A DNA stretch of 64,000 nt from Selaginella moellendorffii (Eukaryota; Plantae; Lycopodiophyta), in the NCBI RefSeq assembly GCF_000143415.4, contig NW_003314269.1:1088797-1152796 (forward strand), written 5' to 3'. Below are positions 36,285 to 46,786 of the stretch, piece by piece. Positions within the stretch are counted from its first letter, which is position 1. Each line of letters opens with the position of its first letter. The notes beneath the pieces were generated by a model that saw only the letters and a list, made by a program, of their open reading frames with translations, was not told where the DNA came from and did not search any database. A program made the position numbers and the translations under genes.

Positions 36285-37970
36285 TGTAAGCAACTAAATT
36301 TTCCATTTTACTTTAGTCCCTTAACCACACCTCCAACCATTTGGAGGAATCTCACTCACAACCTTTATAAGTTTTATTTCGGACTTGGGGCTTAGTAGCC
36401 CTGAGAATGGCATCTATGCCACTCATATGTTGCACCTGGTCCAAGTGCTCCACATGTCCGATCCCCTGACCGACACCCAAAGGTACCATCGATTACATTA
36501 AGGCTATGCTCATTCACTTTTGTCACATTGGTGATCCAACACCACCTACATCACAGTCCCGTTTCTCAAAAACTGGGCCATCCATCCACAAGTGGTCATC
36601 CTTTGACCACTCCCTAGCACCCTTAGGATGCCTAGAGGCATAGAGAACACCCTTCTCTAATGTCCTTTCTTTCGTTCCTATTAAATCTCTCTTCATCCAT
36701 AGCCATACTTGCCAACACTGCCACACTAGGTCAAGGCTCAAAAGCCTGACCACTAAGTCCCACTATCTTCTAGGACTTCCTCACCATGTGATCGTATCCT
36801 TAGTCACTACATTAGAGGATTGCTCCTCTTCTTTTCCATACTTTGGGGCTTTGGGACAACATTTCAAAACACCGTAGCCCTACGCAAGCCTCATGGGTAC
36901 TCTCCCCACCTTCCGCTTTTGGGTGCTTTAGCCATGGGCTTAGAGTGAGGTTCCACTAAGCCATACTAGGTATCCAAGTTATTCTACCCACACTTGGATT
37001 GGGAGTATTGACCATTCGATCTCCTAGGGAAGTTAAAGCTGGCTCTTGAACACTTCACTAAGCTACCTCACTTGTCTGTCCGTATTCACTCTAGTCTTGG
37101 GCTCCTCAGTGGTTTTATCATCACCCACCATGTGGGTATAGCCTCTCTTGGCCACACTAGCCTTTCCTGGCCAAACTTGCTCCACTAGAGTCATCCCCCT
37201 ACTATACTTTTGTAGCTCACCAAACCCCCTAGGGTTTGGGAGGTGAACGCTTTGGGCTTTCACCCTCGGACTCGAACTCAGTCTCAATCTCAATCTCAGT
37301 TTCAGCCTTGATCTCGGTCTCAGTCCCAGTCTTGGTCCCGTCCTGGACTCCATCTCGGACTCCATCTCGGGTCCATCTTAGACTCCATTTTGGCTCCATC
37401 TCGGACTCCATCTTGGGTCCATCTCGAACTCCATCTCGGACTCCATCTTGGGTCCATCACGGACTCTATCTCGGATTTCATCTTGGACTCCATCTCAGGT
37501 CCATCTCGGACTCTATCTCGAGTCCATCTCGAGTCCATCTCGAACTCCATCTTGGGTCCATTTTGGGTCCCTTTTCTAAAGATTCACTTCCTATTTGCTT
37601 CGTGCTCATTCTCAAGCACTTCATTGGGAGTTCCACTCCCACTCTCTACTATCCAAGTCAAAGCTTTTAATCCAAACATGTTCCTCTCATTTGGCTCTCG
37701 GGTCCATCTTGAACTCCATTTTGGGTCCATCTCGGACTCCATCTTGAAATCCATCTTGGGTCCATCTCGAGTCCCTTTTCTAGAGACTCACTTCTTGCTT
37801 GCTTCATGCTCATTCTCAAACACTTCGTTGGGAGTTGCACTCCCACTCTCAATTGTCCAAGTCAGAGCTTTTAGTCCAAATGTGTTCCTCCCGTTTGGCT
37901 TCTGCTTCAACCACTACCACATGGCACCCTTTCGGCTCCACTTTTGAGGCTTTGGGATTGGTGTCTCACA
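36285..37970 (-). mobile_element. Second solo LTR of the minisatellite family, inverted, with internal duplication
   Basis: Reverse complement of 33149-34894 with TG...CA ends. TSD CAAAC/CAAGC interrupts the host RT at WFT|KLDLAS. ~37560-37700 is duplicated at ~37765-37900. Confidence 0.88.
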
Positions 37971-38401
37971 CAAGCTAGATCTTGCTTCTAGGTACTAGCA
38001 AGTGTTGATGGCTAAAGAAAATATTCCTAAAATTGCTTTTCGTACATTGTTTAGTTGTACAAATTCTTGGTGATATTGTTTAGTTTTAACAATGTTTTAA
38101 CAACTTTGCAATGGATGATGGACGAAGTTCTTTGTGATATGCCGGAAATCACTATTGACTTCATCAATGATGTCTTGATCCATTTGGAGGAGATATAAGA
38201 GGAACACATTTGTGATGTTCGTAAAATGTTGAATTAGTTATGAGAAGTTGGTTTAAAGCTGAAGTAGTTGAAGTGCATGTTTAGGTTCAAGGACACAATT
38301 TATCTTGAGCACCATATATCTCATGAGGGTTTGCAAATTGATCTTAACAAACTTGTGGTTATTTCAATGTTCCCTATGCTAAAGTATGTGACTAATGTGC
38401 A

Positions 38402-39359
38402 ATTTAGGGCTTTGGGATGACATTTCAAAACACCGTAGCCCTACACAAGCCTCATGGGTACTCTCCCCACCTTCTGCCTTTGAGTGCTCTAGCCATGGGC
38501 TTAGAGCGAGGTTCCATTAGGCCATGCCAAGTACCCAAGTAAGTAATGCCACCCACTCTTGGATTGGGAGCATCAACCATTCGATCTCCTAGGGGAGCTA
38601 GAGTTGGCTCTTGAACACTTCACCAAACTACCTCACTTATCTATCCATATTCACTCTAGCCTTGTACTCCTCAGTGGTTTTATCATCACACACCACGTGG
38701 GTATAGCCTCCCTTGGTCACACTAACCTTTCCTGGACAAATTGGCTCCACTAGAGTCCTCCCCCTATTATATTTTTGGAGCTCACCAAACCCCCCAAAGT
38801 CTGGGAGACGAATGCTTTGGGCTTTCACCCTCGGACTTGGACTTGGACTCGGACTCAGACTCGGGCTCGGACTCGGACTCGGACTCGGGCTCGGACTCGA
38901 GCTTGATCTCAGTCTCAGTCTTGGTCTCGGTCTGGGTCTCGGTCCCGGTCTGGGTCTGGGTCTGGGTCTCGGTCCCGGTTTCGATCTTGTCTTGGACTCC
39001 ATCTCGAACTCCATCTTGGGTCCATCTTGAACTCCATCTTGGACTCCATCTCAGACTCCATCTCAAACTCCATCTCGGACTCCATCTCGGGTCCATCTCA
39101 GACTCTATCTCGGGTCCATCTCGAGTCCATCTCGGACTCCATCTCGAACTCCATCTCGGGTCCATCTTGGGTCCCTTTTCTAGAGATTCACTTCCTATTT
39201 GCTTCATGCTCATTCTCAAGCACTGCATTGGGAGTTCCACTCCCACTCTCAACTGTCCAAGTCAGAGCTTTTAGTCCAAACATATTCCTCCCGCTTCGGC
39301 CACTACCACGTGGCACCCTTTCGGCTCCACTTTTGAGGCTTTGGGATTGGTGTCTCACA
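38402..39359 (-). mobile_element. Third, truncated minisatellite-family LTR
   Basis: Collinear with 36841-37970 and ends gtgtctcaca. Includes the repeat array at 38830-39175. Confidence 0.85.
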
Positions 39360-39399
39360 ACTCCACCACCCATAGATGAAGTTTGATGTCCTCATTGAA

Positions 39400-42300
39400 T
39401 GATAAACCATTTTATAAAGTAACACTAGCATGTATTACCCTTTCCATCCTTGGCACCTAATCAATATTTGTCAATGGTTTGACATTGAAGGCTCACCATG
39501 CATTGTCCATCCTCTAAGAAGCATAATCTCTCCAATTTAAAGACTTATTCGACCACTTGTGGTGGTTCTCTCCTTTTATTGATTTAATTCTCGCTAAACT
39601 TGTTAGAAACACTTCTATCTTAATCCCACTACTCATTCTTGAATAGTCTCAATTTTCATTGATATAACCTTTGCACTTTGGAACTTTTAATTTTGACTTC
39701 TTGAAGTCAATTTTTGGGTGTTTCCAACACCTTGCATTGCATATATTGTGCAACTCTACTTCCCCCTTTTAGGAAGTTCTTTACTTGGGAGCACCATTAT
39801 CCTCTTTTTTATTTTGTGCCACCTTTAACACCAAGTTTCAATTATCATAATTTGTGCTAAGGCTGTCCATGGCCCTATCATTTGGCTACCTTACCACCCC
39901 CTCCCTTGGAACTTCCACTTTTGCTGAATCAGAGTAATCAAAAATCCATCCTTGGAAACACATTGCCTTTCCCACAATCTGTTAGCATCCAACACATTAG
40001 TGTTCCTGGCTTAACTTTGCCATTTGGATTTTTTCCTATGATTTCCATGGCTCTTTTCTTAGCCACTAGTCTTTTGCTGCTATCCTTTGATTGTTGCACC
40101 TAGCAATATAGGATTGCTACCTCCATTCTTGATGTATCCTTTCGATTCCATAGCAAAAAGTTTGCTTTGCCAAGTCCAAAGGGTATTTACCCCTAATACA
40201 TCTTTTTAGCATTTTCTGCTGTGGGCTCTATTCACGGCCCAACTTTGTGACCTTCCCATGGGTCTCTTATAAAGACTACTTTTTTCAGACTCACTATACC
40301 ATCGCATTGATACAGCTCATTTCCTTTAGGTGTTCTTTTTACTTGGTCACCTTGACCAAGCCATACCATCATTAATAATTCAAATCAACATTTTGAACTA
40401 AGAACCTTATTTGTTAACCTTGTTCTTGTTTTAGCTATAAGACCATTTAGCGATCTCACCTTAGCAACTTAACAGATTTGCCAATAAGTACTAGGCCTTC
40501 TAGACTTTTACATTGTTAACCATGACCCTGGGGGCATCCCCCACACTTGGCAGTGCACTCAAGCTGGCCCTTTCGGCCAAGGGTTCATAGCAACTGAGAT
40601 TGAGTGTCCCTATCTCATTCACCACATCTTTGGTGCTATTTGCACTAAAGTGTTTAAGTTAGATATGCCAAGCTTTCACACTAAGCAATCTAACTGTGTA
40701 TTACAACTCTGGGGCATCCTCCACTTGGCAGTGTGCCCAAGCTAGTCTCCTTACTGAGAGCCCATGACCACCGAATATCACCACACCCTAGTGAGTTGGG
40801 ACTTGAACCCAAACATTAAAGGGTTGGGACTCAAACCCAACCTTCATATATACATCTACAGATGGCATCACCCTGAATACCTGGCGTGACTCCCCACGCC
40901 AATGCACCAACTTATACTTAAAGCGTGCTACAAATCATAGTTTATGAATTTAGTTCCTCCGCACTGCCAAGTCCTTTCACTTGACAATTTTGTGATCATG
41001 CATGGACTCCTCCATGCTCCATAGGCCACCCTTTTTGAAATTAGCACCTTCAACTAAAGGATTTGTTTCCCTGACTTGCCAATCTCGCTTAGCAAGTCAT
41101 TTGATCAATGTAATATGGTTTCATACATAAATGTGAAGGTCCTTGACCATCGATTTTCATTCAAAACCATCCCTTTGAACACTCGGGAACTATTTCCCCA
41201 ACCTTGATACCCTTGCCTTATGGCAAGTTTCAAAACCACGCTTCTTCTGCACCACTTTGATTTTGCGAATTTTATGAATCATTTACACTTGACTTTCTAG
41301 GTACTAAGTTACCTAGAATTGTTTTTAGGAACCTTGAAGGAACTCTGTCCTTTAGCTTGCTATTGCCTCTTCTTTCGCAAACTTTTTAATTGCCACATGG
41401 TCTAACATGGACAATATCATGTTTTAGACTTTTCATGACATCATGATTGATAGTAACAGTAACCACTTAATTCTCCACTCCTAACTTGTATAACCACCCT
41501 TGGTTATGCTTTTCGATTCCTATGGTTTAGTTCTATCCCCTTATTACTTATCTGTAGCCTCACACATTTTCTTCAGTTATTCTCCTCCAAATTAGGAGGA
41601 TAGCTTTGCACTTTCTACCATACCTTAGCAAGTATTCTTAGAGATGAACCTACCCAATAGAATAGGGAGTGGTTCTTCAATTCAAGTACGCTCACCTTGT
41701 AATCCCACACACCGGGATTAACATTACTATTTATAGGCCTTTATATGCCCATCATTAGCCTACCAAAACCTTTATTTTGGCTTTGTCCAATTCGGATAAA
41801 TAGACTTTTCTCGTCTTCGCAACCTTGGATGTTGGATAGCACCTTTTATCCATCATTCGCTAAGGACTTAGTCCTTTGGGCCTTATTTAATGCCCTCATG
41901 ACACCAAATATCACCTCTTAGTGTTCTAGAGTGCTTGGGTGTCCCAATGATGGCCTCTTTGACAATAAGCATTCCCTTTACGACATTGACTTACTATATC
42001 ATAACATAACCAATTTATCCCCCCATAAAGGGTATATCTAACTTCTTTATCCCAATAAAAAGTCTTAGGTAGTTATCTTCTATTAGTTTAATTAATTATT
42101 TTACACATTTTGCTTAGTTACCTCATAGTTATCAAATTCTACAACTCATTGCTAGTGTTTCTACACCTCCATCATTATTTGGGTCACCACACTCTAACCG
42201 CATGCCTTCTAATTTAGGCTATATCATTCCCATTTTCATTAAGATTCCTTTGGGAAAGGGTTCTCATAAACTTGCCAACTTGATCTCAAGGCATCATGTC

Positions 42301-43100
42301 TTGGCACATTCGGTGTCTCCATACCATCGGCTCTACAAGTTTACCTTTATGACACTTCTTATTTGTGTCTAGGTCCTTGCCAAGACTAATATAGTTCTTT
42401 CTCATGCCAACTATTCGTTAACACTACACTATCGAGCTTATACACAACTTTGTGTCAAAGTTGTTTTCTTCTAGGAACACCTTTCCTACGACTTTAGTAT
42501 GGCACATTCTGCCATCAATGAGATACTCACTGTTCTCACACTTGGATCTTATGATTCTCCCCCTCTTTCATGAGGCATAACACACCTCAGTCCAAATGCG
42601 TTTACCAATCCCTTAGGACCATTCCTTGACTCTACTTGAGTCATCCAACATCTTTGGACTTTGTTAATCTAATAATCTGTAATATCTTACTTTTGAAGTG
42701 CCAACTCACTGAAATACAACTTTTTTTATATCCTACTCATAAGGACCATCTTTGCAAGTGTTACTCCAACACTTGATTATTTTTCATTCCTTGTGGACTA
42801 CTGTTGCCCCTTACGACTATCTGTCCCTATGATGAAAATATTGACTTATCCTCTAAGTACACCCCCAACTCTTTGGGTTTGTTCAAGCATTTATAAAAGG
42901 AAGCCTTAGCTATCATTTCAAGGACTTATGTCCTCATTCGTATTTGACCTCTCACGGTCATTAATTTTGGTCTCAAATTCATGAGCACTAGCCTCAAATA
43001 TATAAGGATAATCTTGCAACTCCTTTATTGTTTTGGAATTTTTATCTTTCCTGTGATCCTAACTATAGTTGTTTACAACAACTACATTAGCTTGTTTTTT
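39400..43100 (+). mobile_element. Possible highly degenerate LINE (non-LTR) relic
   Basis: C/T-rich region without ORFs. Decayed traces appear in LINE RT order: PGPDG-like (~41940), PISLLN-like (~42080), LDxxKAYD-like (~42280). Weak, by eye. Confidence 0.35.
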
Positions 43101-44258
43101 TAGTCAAATGTTTATTTGGATCACATCCTCAACTCTCTAAGGAAAACCTTATACTATTCTAAAGAGCCCAAAGTCGTTCTATTATGGCTTTTGTTCCTGA
43201 TTGTCACACTGAAACAACAAGAAAAAGGAAAATTTCAATATTTGACTTACTTTCTTGGTCTAAATCTTCAAAGTTCTGGAGTAATTTTAGTGCTGGTCAA
43301 TTCCAAAAGTAGAAGCATTAGGTGGTGATGCAGTAGCCATAGAAGTGTCGAGCATAATATATGTGGCACCATACTCACCCTGGACAATGTTAAGAGTATA
43401 TGTTATTTAGGAATAGATCTAAGGTAGTAGGCTGATTTCTCCTGTCCTATGAGTGCAATGTGATTGTCTTAAATTCCTGGACCAATGAGTGTCTTCTTTA
43501 ATACAAGCTACTGATGACACATGTCATGATTTGGCTTTCACCCACAACACCCAATAAACTTCTTCTCTTCCAGCAACCCTGGCCATCCAAACATCCACAT
43601 GATTTTTCCCACAACCATAGATACCAAGACTCTCTTTGGACAGCTGTGAACCTTTGGCCCTTATTGCTTTATTCTTACAGATTTTGTCATCTTCTCTAGA
43701 CAATATCTTTCATGGGAGTTTTTATTAATTTTAATGCTTTTAATATCAATATAAGATAGAAGTTCCATGTGTGCATATTTTTATAAAAATTATGTAAGTA
43801 TTTAGAATATATATCTTTACTTTTTGTTATATTTTAAATAAATTATTGTTGAAAATCTAGTTTTAATGTTTTAAAAGAGTATAGAGGTAAATATCACAAG
43901 CATATTTTCAATACTTTATTTTTAAAAATATATATTTTTAAATATCTTTAAAATATATGCTAAGTGTAAATGCATGTACAGTTTGGTATAAAAATATGGT
44001 AAAATATAATTAAAAATCAGAATTTATTATGGAAATAAAAAATTTTATCACAAAAATTTAAATTCTACAATTATTTTTATTTTAGGAATAATGATGATCT
44101 TCATATAATTTATTTATATTTTAAAAATTTTATAATATAAAGAGTTATAAGGTAGATTGTTGTCATTCAACTACTTTTATTTGTCATTAATTTGTACCAC
44201 TGTATCATACATTTTCAGTTAATAGAAAAAATATAGTTTTATATCTATTAAAAAATTA

Positions 44259-45227
44259 TTAACAAAATGTCTTTGAGTCCCATACAGGTTTTACTAATGG
44301 CTTGATACTTAATGTTTTTTGGTATATAAAATATAAAACTAAGTTACAATCATTTTGCATTACCAATTTGGCATTTTCATAGCAATTTTGAAAATTACAT
44401 AAAGTATTAGATGTCCAAACAACATTATTATTAGATGAATATAAAATTAAATTTCCATTTTCATGTAACCTTAAAACACATCTAATACCTTTATTAGATG
44501 TTTTTGTAGACCATAAGTTTTTATTTTGTGCATATATAATTAAGTTGCAACTAGTATCCAAATATAAATGTGCTTTTCTGTTTAATGATATTAAAAATTG
44601 TGATGTCAATAAATACTGATGTGGCATATTATTGTAACCACTTATTAAGGTGTAAGTAAAAATATCACATCCAACACTTTTTGATGAAATGATGGTTTTT
44701 TTTTTATAATAACTGGATATAATCTTTATAAAATGTAACACTTGTACAAAATTATGTGGACGATAGTTTCTAACAAAATAGTAAATAATAAAATGTTCAG
44801 TTTTTATAATAAAAAATGATGCAGCATATTCCATCATTTCATTAATAGAAACTCTTAAGATTTGAGATAATGAGTTTCTTATAATAGACCCTGGATTTTC
44901 ATGACCTTCATTATTTATATAACANNNNNNNNNNNNNNNNNNNNNNNNNNNNNNNNNNNNNNNNNNNNNNNNNNNNNNNNNNNNNNNNNNNNNNNNNNNN
45001 NNNNNNNNNNNNNNNNNNNNNNNNTTTGAAACTAAGACATGTCCATGTGCACTTTGTCCTAGAGGAATCATACCATCTGGTATATTGCTAATTCTTGTTG
45101 TAATATCAGTTAAAATAGTAACTACTGCTTGTACACTTAGAGCATTAGTAGTACCAATTTCATATTGAATATCAATACCTTCAGAAAAGCCGATCAATAA
45201 AATTAATATAGTAAAAGTAACTTTCAT
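44259..45227 (-). CDS. Secreted chimeric protein: signal peptide, unassigned (RIP A-chain-like?) domain, C-terminal GNA/bulb-type mannose-binding lectin domain
   Basis: MKVTFTILILLIGFSEG signal. Lectin subdomains LYLDTSCNLIIY...LWSTKT, CVLRLHENGNLILY...VVWTSNT, KLVMQNDCNLVLY...PVWDSKT. Both sides of the N gap are stop-free despite extreme AT content. Confidence 0.8.
   Translation of the reverse strand: MKVTFTILILLIGFSEGIDIQYEIGTTNALSVQAVVTILTDITTRISNIPDGMIPLGQSAHGHVLVSXXXXXXXXXXXXXXXXXXXXXXXXXXXXXXXXXXCYINNEGHENPGSIIRNSLSQILRVSINEMMEYAASFFIIKTEHFIIYYFVRNYRPHNFVQVLHFIKIISSYYKKKTIISSKSVGCDIFTYTLISGYNNMPHQYLLTSQFLISLNRKAHLYLDTSCNLIIYAQNKNLWSTKTSNKGIRCVLRLHENGNLILYSSNNNVVWTSNTLCNFQNCYENAKLVMQNDCNLVLYFIYQKTLSIKPLVKPVWDSKTFC
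44925..45024. other. Assembly gap (100 N, probably of unknown true size)
   Basis: Run of exactly 100 N inside the lectin gene. Confidence 0.99.
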
Positions 45228-46786
45228 ATTTATTTCTTTAATTTAATTTTAATATTCTAGTTAATGTAAACTAATATTTATAAATATTTTATACTGATAA
45301 AATTGAAATAATTATATAATTTTATTTAAATAGCTTAAATTTTTTTTAACAAGCTTTAATTTTTTATATTAAAAATAATTTATAGCTATAGCTGTGAGTG
45401 CTTGGAATATGGAAAGGGAATACAGAAATATGCATATTAATTAGCCCAAAAACCCTAGCTTATATACAGGAGCGAATGATCCAAATTGAAACCAATCCAA
45501 CGGCTACTAAAATCCCACTACGCTAATATTAGTATACGACATCGTAGCCGTACACTTGGCCCTCACATCATCCCCTCCTCTCGGAATAATGGAAGACCAT
45601 CAAGGTTCTCTTGTAGATGGGCTGGGATCTAGAGGAACATTAGGAGGAGGCATCGGTGGATCTGTAGGTGGCATTAATTGCTCCTGATCCCTTTGTACGA
45701 AGCATTTCAACCGCTGCACATGCACAATCTCTGGAGGATCGGCCTGCTGAATGTCATGCTAAACTTCATAAACTTGTGGTCCAACTTGCCACAACACCCG
45801 ATACGGTCCTTTCCACTGCGCAAGAAGTCCCTTAGATAAACCACGTACCGTAAGATGGGGAAAACGAACTAACACCAAATCATCCACTTTGTACTCTGCA
45901 GGTGGACGATGATGAGAGTTGTAGTGCCGTTGTTGTCCTACTTGTACACGGCCTAAGTGTTCGGTAAACTCTGCTCGGACAAGTGGAAGAATGCTCGTCA
46001 AATACTGATCCCACGACCTAGCATCGGCAGCTTGCAGCAATCACGAAGGTAAACCCAGCTCCGTTGGTAATATTGGATCATGACCATATAGGAGTTTATA
46101 TGGTGAAGCACCAATAGAACTTTGCACCCCTGTGACATATGCATACTAAAGAGACGGCAAATAACCGTCCCAACCCGAATGCTGAAAGTTCACATACTTC
46201 GCAATCATCCCTTTGAATGTTCAAACGAGCCGCTCCACTAGACCGTCTGATTGTGGATGATAAGCACTCGTGAAAGTGTGGCGTATCCCCAACCGAGACG
46301 TTAAAACATGAAATACCTCAGCCATAAATACGGGACCATTATCCGAAAGAATCCGCTCTGGACAAGAATGCTAGAACACCACTCGATTGAGGAGGAAGTA
46401 GCCAACAACAGTTGCAAAGGTGCTAGCAAGAGCACCAACTTCCACCCAACGAATCAAGTAGTCAGAAGCAATAATAACATACTCATTGCTAGCAGTTGAC
46501 CGTGGAAAAGGTTCCATAAGATCAAACGCCATCAACTCAAACAGACGGGAAACCGCAATTGACTCCAACCGTCCTTCCGCAGCACGAAGGGGAGTATTAC
46601 GAGCTTAGCACCAAACGTAGCTACGCACATACCGGATAACATCACGTTGCATCTCCGGCCAGTAAAAAGACCTGCGCAGCTTCTCAGTTACACGACGGTG
46701 TCCCATATGCCCACCTAGAACAGGAGAATCATGGTAGGCATGGAGAAACCATGGAATAAAGACAGAAGGCACCACCAGCCGTAAAT

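Larger units (their letters stand above)
31915..38400 (+). mobile_element. Degenerate copy of the tRNA-Ala-primed gypsy element (5' LTR, gag, protease, RT), hosting three insertions
   Basis: 31915-32076 matches the reverse complement of the 175-bp LTR. Decayed PBS ttagtggaggtgagg. ERIKLGMLWPALHQDLV, GPVSMEVD, LQHNHAKY and FTKLDLAS match the 57431-58144, 56589-57566 and 54807-55115 ORFs. Confidence 0.85.

Noticed and set aside
44925-45024. Frame continuity across the N run as proof of a single 322-aa protein
   Set aside because: The 100-N length is likely a placeholder, so true length and phase are unknown.
45297-45308. AAAATTGA (mimivirus early-promoter motif) upstream of the AT-rich lectin gene
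   Set aside because: It is on the strand opposite the gene and is expected by chance in about 85% AT DNA.
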